Positions 17,550 to 27,689 of a stretch of 64,000 nt of DNA are shown here, one piece after another. A program made the translations under genes and the position numbers. Location of the stretch: the sequence record MW021758.1. One strand, given 5' to 3'. The stretch's first letter is position 1. The number at the start of each line of letters is the position of its first letter. The notes under the pieces were generated by a model that did not search any database, was not told where the DNA came from, and saw nothing but the letters and a program-made list of their open reading frames with translations.

Positions 17550-18515
17550 TTAAATTGTTAAAGTGATAACGTAAGCGCTATCGTCACCGTAGTAGTTGCG
17601 ATTAGACACCGTCATCTTACCCTTAGTTACCAACGGATCTAGCGCTTCCCAAAGGAAGGTGACGACTGCCCGAGGGTCATGAACACGGTAGATAAATTCA
17701 TGATCCATTTCGTCCAGCCGGAACGGAATTTCAACCTTATCCTTAGAACAACGGATTGCCCCTAAAGACAGGCCGGTACTAAGCACCAACTCTTCTAATC
17801 TCTCGTCCTTTCTGACAGTAATCATTCCGTCACGGCCAAGAGGGTTTTCTTTAACCGGCTCTTGGGAACTTACTGTGGTTTCCTGAACTTTCAGTAAGTG
17901 CTCTAAGACTGGCGCAAACCGATCAGCGAAATGGCTTTTAGCTAACCACGACTTAGCTGCATCGAAGTCGCGCGCGTAGTCGTCGAATCCCTTTAGCGTC
18001 AAGTCGACCGAATCCTTGACGTAGCTACGTTCCATCCCAATACAGAGATGGTCAAAAGAATCAGTAGCGTATGGGTTATTCAAGCTACTTACGTTAAGGG
18101 AGAATATCTGCTTAGCATGGGTTGGGTAATAACCGCGCTCAGCCATAAGTTGGTCAACTTTGTCCCTAAAGACTTGGTCTATACTCTTAACCTCATGACC
18201 GTTATTATTCAGCCATTCCCTTGCACCGTTATAGCCGTGTAAATCAACTGGGGTATTCCGGTAGGCAATATTGATCACCCCATTGTGCAGACGGAGAATA
18301 TTTGCCGACAAAGTACGAGTGAAGAATTCGTCACTCGATGTGATGACGTAGAGTAATTTATCTGCGCAATAGTCGATAACCTTATTGGTGTCTTCAACAA
18401 TAGTTATCATCTTAACAACACTGACGATTTCGTCAGCTGACACCTTAGATTCAGAAGTAGTGTCTTTTGGAGCTTCTTCGCTCTTAGCGAACCACTTCTT
18501 AAAGAAATTAATCAT
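17550..18515 (-). CDS. hypothetical protein (321 aa)
   Basis: long ORF. Confidence 0.75.
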   Translation of the reverse strand: MINFFKKWFAKSEEAPKDTTSESKVSADEIVSVVKMITIVEDTNKVIDYCADKLLYVITSSDEFFTRTLSANILRLHNGVINIAYRNTPVDLHGYNGAREWLNNNGHEVKSIDQVFRDKVDQLMAERGYYPTHAKQIFSLNVSSLNNPYATDSFDHLCIGMERSYVKDSVDLTLKGFDDYARDFDAAKSWLAKSHFADRFAPVLEHLLKVQETTVSSQEPVKENPLGRDGMITVRKDERLEELVLSTGLSLGAIRCSKDKVEIPFRLDEMDHEFIYRVHDPRAVVTFLWEALDPLVTKGKMTVSNRNYYGDDSAYVITLTI

Positions 18516-18844
18516 GCCATCTCCGCAAATTTAAGTGGGCGAATTTTCTTGCCACGGAATACCAGACCGTAATGGGTGTTCTCACGAAGAATGATGAAGT
18601 CACCATTTTCCTTGAACTCCTTACCATACTCTTCATTCGGTGCCGTGGTAAAGAGTAGGTTTTCCGTTGAGTCGTTAGCAACGGGTTTAGTCCTTTCTAC
18701 CTCACCGCAGTCCAAGCGCATGTCGTCGCAGTAGAAGTACATCTTACCGTCGCGTTGCACCAGGGTACCTTTCTTACCTTCGAACAACAGGGCATCGATA
18801 TATTCGATCGTATCCCGGTCGTAGGTACGGGTTGTTGCCTTCAT
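18512..18844 (-). CDS. hypothetical protein
   Basis: coupled ORF. Confidence 0.7.
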   Translation of the reverse strand: MKATTRTYDRDTIEYIDALLFEGKKGTLVQRDGKMYFYCDDMRLDCGEVERTKPVANDSTENLLFTTAPNEEYGKEFKENGDFIILRENTHYGLVFRGKKIRPLKFAEMA

Positions 18845-18863
18845 TCTTTTCTCCAGGGATTAT

Positions 18864-19388
18864 TTAAAGCGGACGACGGACACGTGTAAAGATTTTGAAT
18901 TGACCAACACCTTCAACGGTGCGGATATCTTCCAAAACAAAACCCGACTCAGTCAGCGTCTCTTTAGACTTAATAGACATTAGTTCTGCGATGACATCGT
19001 TCTTCAGGTAGACATTACCTTCGTACTCATTCTCTAATACGGTCAGATAGATCTTATCTACCGAGAGAATGTAACGGTTGTATAAACTAGGGCCTCCACA
19101 GATCACCAGCTCGTTGTAGTGGTGTTTCTTAGCAGCTTGAGTAGCGTCGTACAGGTCAGGTACTACCGTGGCACCAGGGACTTCTGGTTCGCTGCTGGCC
19201 ATCACCAGATTCAAACGACCAGGTAAAGGTTTACCGATGCCCATGTAGGTACGGTAGCCCATGAGAATGGCTTTGTGCCGAGTCTTGCGTTTGAACCACT
19301 GCATGTCGATAGGTTCGTTCCATGGCAAGGTATCATCCTTACCAACCAACATGTTTTTGTCCAGTGCTAAAATCATGCTTACGATCAT
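18864..19388 (-). CDS. folA: dihydrofolate reductase
   Basis: LPWNEPIDMQWFK, MGYRTY, KPLPGRLNLV, ICGGPSLY. Confidence 0.92.
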   Translation of the reverse strand: MIVSMILALDKNMLVGKDDTLPWNEPIDMQWFKRKTRHKAILMGYRTYMGIGKPLPGRLNLVMASSEPEVPGATVVPDLYDATQAAKKHHYNELVICGGPSLYNRYILSVDKIYLTVLENEYEGNVYLKNDVIAELMSIKSKETLTESGFVLEDIRTVEGVGQFKIFTRVRRPL

Positions 19389-19406
19389 TTTTCTTTTCCT
19401 TTTTAA

Positions 19407-19886
19407 TTAGCCGATGGTCTCTACAAAGTCACGAGCTGATTTCATTTCTTCCGGATATTGCTCGATGAATAACTCGGCTTCGAGGATATCCTTCATTGAC
19501 CAGTTTTGGGATTCCAGGATTGTAATGACGAACGCTTTGATTAACGGCGATTTATCATTGAGCCTTTCTTCAGTCGCCTCAGAGACTTCGATGATAGTCC
19601 GGTTAATGTTGCTGTACGGCGTTTTGTCTACCAGGAAGAAATGGTTGAGACTTTTATTAGCCTCTACGTAATATTTACTGTTGCTGTAAACTTTCTTAGG
19701 GTTACCTAAGGTTTTATTATTTATAGCGCCGCCGATATACAGACTGGCAATTTCCAGAACTGTATAAAGGGCGATTATTTTAAGGAAGTTGTAGAATGAG
19801 TCTCCCTCACTAAAGAAGTTGACGACCAATGCGGAGATCAGGATTAATAACCCAGATTTTACAGGATTCAAAAGCTTGCTGTTCAT
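19407..19886 (-). CDS. membrane protein
   Basis: two N-terminal TM segments. Confidence 0.7.
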   Translation of the reverse strand: MNSKLLNPVKSGLLILISALVVNFFSEGDSFYNFLKIIALYTVLEIASLYIGGAINNKTLGNPKKVYSNSKYYVEANKSLNHFFLVDKTPYSNINRTIIEVSEATEERLNDKSPLIKAFVITILESQNWSMKDILEAELFIEQYPEEMKSARDFVETIG

Positions 19887-19916
19887 GTTGTCCCTTACTA
19901 AACAAAGTGAATAATT

Positions 19917-19939
19917 CCCAGGGGAGTTATTCCCCTGGG
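19917..19939 (-). terminator. Rho-independent terminator
   Basis: cccagggga-gttat-tcccctggg. Confidence 0.65.
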
Positions 19940-19953
19940 CTATGACGTTTTAA

Positions 19954-20634
19954 TCAACCAATGCGATCAGGGAACCCGTGACCGTTGAGTTCCTGCGCTT
20001 CCGCCTCATCCTGTTTGAGGATGAAACGACTAACCGCAACCATCAGGCTCAGTAGCTCTTTAGCGGTAGTTACCTTGGCGATACCCCACGACTCATCGTC
20101 GTTGTCTTCATCGAACTGGAACGTATCCATGCCGACGTAGATGGGATCTACAAATGTTTCCAGGAACTCGGCCGATTCAGCGGAGAAACTGAAATCGCTT
20201 GCAATGATGTTCCGGCGCCAGATATCCATATTGACAATGAACGGAATCGATGCTTTCTCGACATCCGTCAGGTCTTCGAACTGAGAATATCCGGAGATGG
20301 CGTAGAAGACTTTGATCGCCGTTTTGGTAGCTTCGCGATAGTTCCCGGCTGCGTTCTCCATCTTGAACAGATAGTCCATGATGAATTTGTAATGGTCACT
20401 GGAAACCAGACGACAATACGTTTTGTAGTTGATACCCAGCAGACGCTCCCAATAATCAGATGAACGATATTGAGAAATTACGCGTTCCGGGCAATGTCCA
20501 GTCCAGCGGAATTCAGCTAACTGAGTAGCCAGCTCTGCGACCTTACGTGCATGTTCTACGGAATGGTCACCGAAGTAACGTTCGTAGTTTGCAATTTGAA
20601 GTTCTGATCGAATCTTCTTCTCTACAGTTTTCAT
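19954..20634 (-). CDS. hypothetical protein
   Basis: coupled ORF. Confidence 0.7.
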   Translation of the reverse strand: MKTVEKKIRSELQIANYERYFGDHSVEHARKVAELATQLAEFRWTGHCPERVISQYRSSDYWERLLGINYKTYCRLVSSDHYKFIMDYLFKMENAAGNYREATKTAIKVFYAISGYSQFEDLTDVEKASIPFIVNMDIWRRNIIASDFSFSAESAEFLETFVDPIYVGMDTFQFDEDNDDESWGIAKVTTAKELLSLMVAVSRFILKQDEAEAQELNGHGFPDRIG

Positions 20635-20918
20635 TAACGTTCATCCTCAATGGACTGTTTGCCGTTGCTGTGGTTACTGACTTCACTGATACCAATTCCG
20701 GATACGCCGATGTACTCTTTACCGGTACGTTGGTCCTTTATCCGGTAAACACCACGGCGATTACCGTAAGCCAGCTCATCTTTAAAGATGCCGACCTGAA
20801 CGACAGCGATACCATCCTTGGTAAACTCGGATGCAGGAACTACTGCCATTGTCTGAGTAGGGTCAGGGTTACAGGCAGTCAAGAATGCTAACGATAACAG
20901 AACTAAAATCTTCTTCAC
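20634..20918 (-). CDS. lipoprotein
   Basis: signal peptide with lipobox LTAC. Confidence 0.8.
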   Translation of the reverse strand: MKKILVLLSLAFLTACNPDPTQTMAVVPASEFTKDGIAVVQVGIFKDELAYGNRRGVYRIKDQRTGKEYIGVSGIGISEVSNHSNGKQSIEDER

Positions 20919-21199
20919 TTTATTTCTCCAGAGTTACGAATCACCTCGATGAACGGAGGTTGGTTATCTGCTGTGCAGAAAGCTGCATAGACACGTTCGT
21001 TCTTTTCGCTAGTCCCGGTGAAGATCTCCCCGCTATAACCTCTTGAGCAGTCCATGGTACGCTGCATCAAGTTAATGCCTTTGTAACCCATCGATTCGAT
21101 CTCCGATGCGATCTTGGCGTTTGCAGTGAGGTTTTGGTAATAACCAACAGCGGTGACAATGATAACCGGAATTGCGATAAAGAGAACTGACCTTGCCAT
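20915..21199 (-). CDS. membrane-anchored periplasmic protein
   Basis: N-terminal TM; two Cys. Confidence 0.7.
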   Translation of the reverse strand: MARSVLFIAIPVIIVTAVGYYQNLTANAKIASEIESMGYKGINLMQRTMDCSRGYSGEIFTGTSEKNERVYAAFCTADNQPPFIEVIRNSGEIK

Positions 21200-21228
21200 T
21201 TTAAGACCTTTGCCTATTTACGATTAAA

Positions 21229-21624
21229 TCAAGAAATCCAGGAGTATGTCAGATAATGAGTATCGAATGGGAAGTCGATGAGCTTAGACTTGATCATGGC
21301 GATAAACTCAACTCGCTCGGATTCAAGCAACCATCCGTCGCTATTCTCAACGTTCTCAAGTAGTAGTGCGACATCTTCCTTAGTCAATAAATAGTAGTCG
21401 CATTGGTTGGTAGCATCAAACAATCCCGCCATGGTATTTCTAACGTCGTGCCACTTGCGGTAATATTGAATCTCTTCTTTCTCCGGGTTATCGGACAAAC
21501 GAGGGTAATCTATCATGTAACTACAGCCATTTTCACTGAGTGCACCGAAACGTTCGTGTACTTCCACGACTTTGGGATCAACTGCACTTTTTGGTACTTT
21601 GCAAAAATCAATATCTAAACCCAT
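21229..21624 (-). CDS. hypothetical phage protein (MGLD...YYRKW family)
   Basis: start moved to MGLDIDF (RBS GAGG). Confidence 0.7.
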   Translation of the reverse strand: MGLDIDFCKVPKSAVDPKVVEVHERFGALSENGCSYMIDYPRLSDNPEKEEIQYYRKWHDVRNTMAGLFDATNQCDYYLLTKEDVALLLENVENSDGWLLESERVEFIAMIKSKLIDFPFDTHYLTYSWIS

Positions 21625-21640
21625 GCTATTATCCTCCACC

Positions 21641-22081
21641 CTAAGAAGGGAACTCGATTTCCACGTTACTGAAATTATAGTTCGACATCGCCAAGGTCGA
21701 TTCAATCAGCGCCTCTATGTCAGCGCTGTAGTATTGAACGATGTACTTGACTTTCTCATCATCAAAGCCGTACTTGACAATGAGACTTTCTTTATCGGGC
21801 TGGGATACGATAATTATCTCAACATCGAAAGTAATACCTTCGCGTTTGAAAGTATTACGACTCTTCGCCGTGAGTTCGTTTTTCTCCTCATTGACGGACA
21901 TTGTCCAATAAAGCGGATTGGACTTCTCATCGATGAGTTTCTTGGCCGACTCGTAGATATCAGTTACGTACCCAATAACTACCAGCGAGGCGTTTAGTTT
22001 TACCTTCTCGATAAACTCCTCATCCTTATCCACTTTAGGTGCCGGTTCGTTAGCTTTAATGTAGCGCGCTAAAAGGGTCAT
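21641..22081 (-). CDS. hypothetical protein
   Basis: GGAGG RBS. Confidence 0.7.
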   Translation of the reverse strand: MTLLARYIKANEPAPKVDKDEEFIEKVKLNASLVVIGYVTDIYESAKKLIDEKSNPLYWTMSVNEEKNELTAKSRNTFKREGITFDVEIIIVSQPDKESLIVKYGFDDEKVKYIVQYYSADIEALIESTLAMSNYNFSNVEIEFPS

Positions 22082-22096
22082 GTCTCCTCCTTGGAG

Positions 22097-22630
22097 TTAT
22101 TGATCGAAACCATAAACGATACGAACATCGCCATGCTCAGCAACTTCTTCACGTACAAAAGTGCCGAAGGTGCCTAACACCGAACTAAGCGTACTTTCCC
22201 AGGTAACCAGAACGCAATCGTAATCATCCACTTTATTCGCCGCAGCCATATGGACGGTTTTGCCCCAAGCGTTGCCTGAGTAGCTATCCAATTCACTTTT
22301 CCCGTCCCAGGTCAAGAATTCCTTACGGGAAAGATAACCGCGACGAGGAATGGTCTTACCCGAATCCATCAGAGCAATTAATTCAGAGCCCATAAACCAG
22401 TTACGAGCGTAGTCGTAATCCCACTCAAACTCAGATGAGAATAAAACCTCCGGCGCACCGTTGTGTTTAGAAAGGATAAAGCCTACCTCATCGGCCAGGT
22501 AATTTGATTTACCCCAACCAAATAGTTGGCTAAGCTCGCTACTTTTTAAAGGACCGAAGGAGCTGTAAGTATCAACCCAGGTCTTACCTTTCTTACATTG
22601 TGACTCTGCGTAAATATAAGTTCCCATCAT
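22097..22630 (-). CDS. hypothetical protein
   Basis: AAGGAG RBS; ends RIVYGFD. Confidence 0.7.
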   Translation of the reverse strand: MMGTYIYAESQCKKGKTWVDTYSSFGPLKSSELSQLFGWGKSNYLADEVGFILSKHNGAPEVLFSSEFEWDYDYARNWFMGSELIALMDSGKTIPRRGYLSRKEFLTWDGKSELDSYSGNAWGKTVHMAAANKVDDYDCVLVTWESTLSSVLGTFGTFVREEVAEHGDVRIVYGFDQ

Positions 22631-22643
22631 TTTCTCCTTAGAA

Positions 22644-23150
22644 TTATTGACGGATGGTTTTGTTCATGGCTTCGTTAGTGAAGTCGATCTTTGGCGTATC
22701 TACCATTACTGCGATATCCGGATAATGCAGTGTGAGGAGAGCTTCGAGTTGCTTGATAACTTCGGTACGATGCATAGCGCAGAAACATACACCGGAAGTA
22801 ATACGACTGTAATCTTCTTCGTTGTATTTGATTCTGAAGGTAACAGTAGAGTTAACTTCAATAGTACCGATGACAGTGTAACCCGCCACTTCTGCTTTGT
22901 AGCTGAAATAGGATTCGCCACCTTGGTTTGAGTGAACCGCCCATTTGTCAGCCAGGCAGGCTGTAGCGGAGATCGAAGCCAGGTCAGTAAACATGACTCC
23001 CATCGCACGTTCCACATCACCCATAACGGTATCGATAAACTTACCAACTTTACGATCTTCATCGCGACGGAATTCACTGATGGCTTCAGCGGTAGCTGGA
23101 GACTGGATGAAGTGTTTCAGAGCTTCTTTACGGGATTCTAGAGTAGTCAT
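22644..23150 (-). CDS. hypothetical early protein
   Basis: first ORF after an early promoter. Confidence 0.7.
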   Translation of the reverse strand: MTTLESRKEALKHFIQSPATAEAISEFRRDEDRKVGKFIDTVMGDVERAMGVMFTDLASISATACLADKWAVHSNQGGESYFSYKAEVAGYTVIGTIEVNSTVTFRIKYNEEDYSRITSGVCFCAMHRTEVIKQLEALLTLHYPDIAVMVDTPKIDFTNEAMNKTIRQ

Positions 23151-23184
23151 TTTAGTGTTCCTTATTTAGGTTAATTTGAACTGC

Positions 23185-23204
23185 TATTCAAAAAGGTAAT
23201 ATAG
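23185..23204 (-). promoter_or_regulatory. phiKZ-type early promoter
   Basis: minus CTATATTAC-N6-GAATA. Confidence 0.75.
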
Positions 23205-23215
23205 ACGTTAAATAG

Positions 23216-23242
23216 GTTGGAGTGGGGTTAACCACTCCAACT
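23216..23242 (-). terminator. Rho-independent terminator
   Basis: gttggagtgg...ccactccaac stem. Confidence 0.55.
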
Positions 23243-23420
23243 ATTCTCCCCACGGCTAACGGTTTGAGGGTTAGCTTCATACTACCATTAGACCCGTAAA
23301 AAATAATCAGACTCCGACCTGTTCTATGATGACTTATCTTAAACCGAAGGGTTAGCCATGTTGAAATACAACCCAAACAAAGATGCAAAAAGTTAGTTTT
23401 ACGATTTACTTAACGAGAGT

Positions 23421-23876
23421 TTAAAAATACCTCGTGCTAAGGTAACCGAATCTGACGTTACGTTTGGTGACCCTACTGAAATCCATGATTGCATCCATCT
23501 CAACTGCAAAATCAACGACGTCAAAGTAAGCGAGCGAGATGTAGTGGTGATGTACTGTACCTGACTTAGTGGGAAAACGGTAGTAGCAGCGAATGTAATC
23601 AGAGCTCTCCGTTAACTTGAATTCTTTCAACCTACCGTTGTCCCGCATCCGGGTAAATGCATCTAACGCCAGGTTGTAATAATAGTTACGAGTATGATTC
23701 TCACCGTACTTGTGGAACCGAGGATTGGCATCCAATCTCGTTGTGAACGTATAACAGTCCGTTCCTCTGTGGTCACGTAAATGCAGTGTCCAAAGTCGGA
23801 TATTCATCTCTAACTTACGTTGGTAATAATCCTTTTGAATCAAACGTTTTAACCATTCAAACATACATTGCTCCAA
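23421..23876 (-). CDS. hypothetical protein
   Basis: ORF track; start uncertain. Confidence 0.65.
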   Translation of the reverse strand: MEQCMFEWLKRLIQKDYYQRKLEMNIRLWTLHLRDHRGTDCYTFTTRLDANPRFHKYGENHTRNYYYNLALDAFTRMRDNGRLKEFKLTESSDYIRCYYRFPTKSGTVHHHYISLAYFDVVDFAVEMDAIMDFSRVTKRNVRFGYLSTRYF

Positions 23877-23885
23877 AAAATAAAA

Positions 23886-23907
23886 AGCTAGGGGAAAACC
23901 CCTAGCT
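23886..23907 (-). terminator. Rho-independent terminator
   Basis: agctagggg-aaaa-cccctagct plus long T-tract. Confidence 0.75.
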
Positions 23908-23915
23908 GTTATGAC

Positions 23916-24776
23916 TTATACTTCTTCGTCTTCTTCATCGGCGATAAACGCAGTGTACTGATCGAATACAACTTGACCCAGTGAAGTGAGTTCAACGGAA
24001 CCATGGTGCGGGTTACCGGCGTAACCGATCAGCGACAGGTCGAGAAGCGCATTGAACGTTTCTACCGGGGTATACTCGTACTCTTCACGATAGAGGGTGC
24101 CGTTCTCAGCTACGCGGATCAGTAGACTGGCGCCACCTTCAAGTTCACGAAGCATTTGGATCAGCTCAGGGACGGTATATACCATCTTAAGAGCATCGCC
24201 AGTACTTGGCAGGTCTTTGATCACTACCTTAGACCCAGTCGCCTTCAAGCGAGCTACAGCTGCCATGATGTCTGGTGTTTCACTGACAACTGACAGATCA
24301 TCGGACTGCAGGGTAGTTGAAACCCCGGCGCTTTCCAGTAAGCGATACAAGATAGCAGCGACCGATGTTTTACCGGCGCGTGCTTGACCAGTGATTTCGA
24401 TAGTCACTACTTTAGGATCGTGTCTAACGTAACGACGAGGGCTACTCATCAGTTCCTTCAGTTCATCAGTTGGTGCTGGTTCAGCTGAGATGGCGTTGAG
24501 CAGATTGTTCCAACCTTCTTCACCCAAGAGACGAGTGATCGTGTACGCCATGTTCCATCCACTTGGCGCAAAAGCAATGTGACCAGAACAGCTGTTACCG
24601 TCTTCGCACATTGTGAGAATCGGATTAATTGCATCCCTGACGTCTACGTCCTGCAGTTCGTATTTTTCCACCAGGGTATTGAAAGCCTTCTTGCGCCAGT
24701 CCTTATCGCCATGATCCACGATGATGGAAATTGGTTGGGCCGGGTTGTGGATATTGGTATCGATTCTGTATTTCAT
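23916..24776 (-). CDS. multidomain protein with central P-loop
   Basis: IEITGQARAGKTS Walker A; acidic C-terminus. Confidence 0.65.
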   Translation of the reverse strand: MKYRIDTNIHNPAQPISIIVDHGDKDWRKKAFNTLVEKYELQDVDVRDAINPILTMCEDGNSCSGHIAFAPSGWNMAYTITRLLGEEGWNNLLNAISAEPAPTDELKELMSSPRRYVRHDPKVVTIEITGQARAGKTSVAAILYRLLESAGVSTTLQSDDLSVVSETPDIMAAVARLKATGSKVVIKDLPSTGDALKMVYTVPELIQMLRELEGGASLLIRVAENGTLYREEYEYTPVETFNALLDLSLIGYAGNPHHGSVELTSLGQVVFDQYTAFIADEEDEEV

Positions 24777-24852
24777 TACACACTTCCTATTTTTTAGTAA
24801 GCGATGATCGCATCATAGTTCGGTCTGTTTGATAAACAGACTGTCGACCAGG

Positions 24853-25584
24853 TCAATATAATTTAATTTCGCCGTCAAATGAGAATTCCGGAATGCCTTC
24901 CGAGCGCATGAGCTCCCAGAACCCGCCGCCAATCGCTTTGACTTTAGTCGTGTTGACATCAGCATCGCCCCACTTCTGACGAAGCAACTCAAACATCTCT
25001 TCAACGGTGTGTTCTTTAACTACCGTGCCGATGCGCCAATTCTCGGTGCCGGTCTGGTAATATTCCCTTAACTTATCGAGATCTTCCAAATACTCTTCGA
25101 TAGGAGCACGTCCAAAGAACCCGGTGTTGAAGTACGGGTTATCTTTTTGGAAGTAGAGCTCGAAAGTACCTTTCACTTTGTAATCGGTGCTCAGAGCTTT
25201 ACGGTAGTGGTTCAGAGCACTGAGGAAATACTCAGCACCGTCTTCCGACATAGTGATGATTTTACCATCGTGTACACACGGACCGAAGTCTCTGTAAAAC
25301 GTGTCGAACAGTCTAGAGAACTCCGAAGAGACAATTGCTTGCGGGAACAACAATTGACCCTTGTAGAAGAAATACTGACGATCGGTACAATCGAGGACAC
25401 CGGTCATTTTAGTCAGAGTTTCCTCAGTAACGCCTTCACCATAACCGCCGGTTATTTTACCGGTAGCATCCAGAGTAATCAAACCGAAACCTAAGTCATG
25501 GCGAACTTGGTCGTAGCCCTTATTAATCTTAATACCTTGAACAACGGTATCCTGATTGAAACTAATATCGAATACTGCGCCCAT
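24853..25584 (-). CDS. hypothetical protein
   Basis: ORF with GGAG RBS. Confidence 0.7.
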   Translation of the reverse strand: MGAVFDISFNQDTVVQGIKINKGYDQVRHDLGFGLITLDATGKITGGYGEGVTEETLTKMTGVLDCTDRQYFFYKGQLLFPQAIVSSEFSRLFDTFYRDFGPCVHDGKIITMSEDGAEYFLSALNHYRKALSTDYKVKGTFELYFQKDNPYFNTGFFGRAPIEEYLEDLDKLREYYQTGTENWRIGTVVKEHTVEEMFELLRQKWGDADVNTTKVKAIGGGFWELMRSEGIPEFSFDGEIKLY

Positions 25585-25609
25585 AATGTACTCCCTATTA
25601 AGACAGTAA

Positions 25610-25634
25610 CCGTAGGGGCTAAATACCCCTACGG
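25610..25634 (-). terminator. Rho-independent terminator
   Basis: ccgtagggg-ctaaata-cccctacgg. Confidence 0.6.
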
Positions 25635-25644
25635 AATATGACAG

Positions 25645-26499
25645 TTAAACGGTGAAAGGATATTTGATCGGTGGATGAGCTGAGTAGTCTTCTAATACGA
25701 CAGACTCTTTGGTCAGCGTATCGATACCATCAATCCCCGCCAGAAGTAACCGAGGATCTAGCCACAGAGTAGCGTTGGATTCCATGACCGGACGTTTCAT
25801 TTCTTCAACGAACAGATCGTACTGGTTCTCGTAGACATGGACGTTGATCATGTGGTGAGTTACCTTACCAGGAACCAGGCCGGTCAGACGGGCAACCAGA
25901 TCCAGGAAGAAGTAACACTGCATCATGTTAGCCGGTAAGCCCAGCGGAACGTCCACTGAGCGACTGACTGAAGTCATGTGCAGTTTACCGTCGAAGATAG
26001 AGAAGGTATGCGTGTGCATACAGGGGCGCAGACAGCCGTAGTCGAATTCGCCTGGGTTCCAGAACGTCACGACTTCACCCCGGTCGTCAATGCCTTGTTT
26101 CAGGTTATTGATGACTTTCTTCAACTGATCGAAATGCTCACCAAATTGGTTAACCCAGTCCCTCATTTGGACGCCATAGATACGACCGAGGTCATCTTCA
26201 CCTTTACGGTTAGGGTTAGCTAACCACGATTTGTTTTCGTTAGCATTACCATCCCAGGTTTTGCTACCCAGTTCACGCAGATCGGCTGCGCTGTCTTTAC
26301 CCTGAAGATAACCGATGAACTCACCGAACGCGCCACGGTAAGGAACCTTACGCGTAGTGACCACCGGAACTTCACAGTTACCGACGTCATAGACGAACGT
26401 GTGGTTCAGTACAGTTTTACATTTAACGCCGGTACGTGGGTTCTCAATCCAAATACCTTCGTTGATGATGCGGTTACCTAAATCAGAATACTGCTGCAT
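25645..26499 (-). CDS. thyA: thymidylate synthase
   Basis: PVVTTRK, DLGRIYG.Q.R, LRPCM catalytic Cys, SRSVD.PLGLPAN, HVYENQ. Confidence 0.95.
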   Translation of the reverse strand: MQQYSDLGNRIINEGIWIENPRTGVKCKTVLNHTFVYDVGNCEVPVVTTRKVPYRGAFGEFIGYLQGKDSAADLRELGSKTWDGNANENKSWLANPNRKGEDDLGRIYGVQMRDWVNQFGEHFDQLKKVINNLKQGIDDRGEVVTFWNPGEFDYGCLRPCMHTHTFSIFDGKLHMTSVSRSVDVPLGLPANMMQCYFFLDLVARLTGLVPGKVTHHMINVHVYENQYDLFVEEMKRPVMESNATLWLDPRLLLAGIDGIDTLTKESVVLEDYSAHPPIKYPFTV

Positions 26500-26511
26500 C
26501 TCTTTCCCCTG

Positions 26512-26937
26512 TTAAATAACATCGGATAAAAATTGACCCGGCGCTAGCTCGATCTTTGTGACTAACGGGTGATTAAGCGCTTGGCACTCCCGAACCCACG
26601 ATTCGAAGTTATTGTCCAAAAGATTGATAAAACCTTCTGGCGATCCGCGAGACTTATAACGCTCGATGAAGTCCGCTTTTGCCTCTAGGCACGGATAAAC
26701 GAGAGTAAACGGAATCTCTGCCGAAATAAGTGCATCGCGAACGATCTCATGTGAAGACACAAAGACAAAGTCCAGCTCCCCTGAGTTTAATAGTTTCTGA
26801 ATATGGGAAATGTAATTACCAGGGAATAGGCTCTTATCGAACTTAGAGGAATCTGAGTCCGAGCAGTTTAACCCAGTGTTGAACAGGGTACTTTTACCTA
26901 CGCCAGGGAATCCGGAGATTACTTTACTTTTCATCAT
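26512..26937 (-). CDS. small P-loop NTPase/kinase-like protein
   Basis: VISGFPGVGKST. Confidence 0.7.
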   Translation of the reverse strand: MMKSKVISGFPGVGKSTLFNTGLNCSDSDSSKFDKSLFPGNYISHIQKLLNSGELDFVFVSSHEIVRDALISAEIPFTLVYPCLEAKADFIERYKSRGSPEGFINLLDNNFESWVRECQALNHPLVTKIELAPGQFLSDVI

Positions 26938-27203
26938 TTTGTACCTTTACATGGTGGTTCACATGCACACTGCTCCAGTTCGTAATCTGGACGCAGGTGC
27001 CATTTACACGGATACTCTCGCCAATCCTTATCCGAGTTATAACCCTCTTTCTTAGCCAACTTAATCGCGTTCTTCAGCGTGAGCCGATTAATGATTCTGA
27101 ACGGAACCGTTGTCTTAAAAGAAAGGAAAGAGAGTGTATGACTAGCTCGTTTAAACTTGGCGGGGGACTGATCCATAGCGGAGTAATAAGAGAGAGTACG
27201 CAT
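26934..27203 (-). CDS. hypothetical protein
   Basis: coupled ORF. Confidence 0.55.
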   Translation of the reverse strand: MRTLSYYSAMDQSPAKFKRASHTLSFLSFKTTVPFRIINRLTLKNAIKLAKKEGYNSDKDWREYPCKWHLRPDYELEQCACEPPCKGTK

Positions 27204-27204
27204 T

Positions 27205-27597
27205 CTATTTCTTCTCGACGTAGAAGAATACCCAGGTCTTGCTGTGGTCTACTTCATTAGCCAACTTCTTAATGGCGTTCATGAACTCCTGGTCGGCAAT
27301 AGCAGTAATACCGTTCGCTTCCAAATCGCCCAATGCTTTCAGTAAGTCTGGGTGAACAGCAAAACCATTTCCGTCCGGTATGGACGCATACGACTCGTTG
27401 TGGAATTTAGAATAGCAGTCCTGGATGAACAAAAGGAAATCTGGTGTTTTGGCCGTAGCTACCTCTTCGAAGCGATGGTAGAAAAGCTCATCGCTAATCA
27501 TCCCGGCATCGAACTCTTTCGAGATATTAATCCACTGACGAGTGATGTTATTCAGGTCAGGTTTAGGTAGAGTAGCTAATTTCAATACAAGGCTCAT
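27205..27597 (-). CDS. hypothetical protein
   Basis: GAGG RBS. Confidence 0.7.
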   Translation of the reverse strand: MSLVLKLATLPKPDLNNITRQWINISKEFDAGMISDELFYHRFEEVATAKTPDFLLFIQDCYSKFHNESYASIPDGNGFAVHPDLLKALGDLEANGITAIADQEFMNAIKKLANEVDHSKTWVFFYVEKK

Positions 27598-27659
27598 TTA
27601 ACTTACCTCGGTTAATTAAGTTAACTATAAATAGTGTTCGGTACGTACAAAAAAATAAA

Positions 27660-27681
27660 GCCAGGGGAATTAACCCCTGGC
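27660..27681 (-). terminator. Rho-independent terminator
   Basis: gccagggg-aattaa-cccctggc plus T-tract. Confidence 0.75.
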
Positions 27682-27689
27682 CCTGGCTG

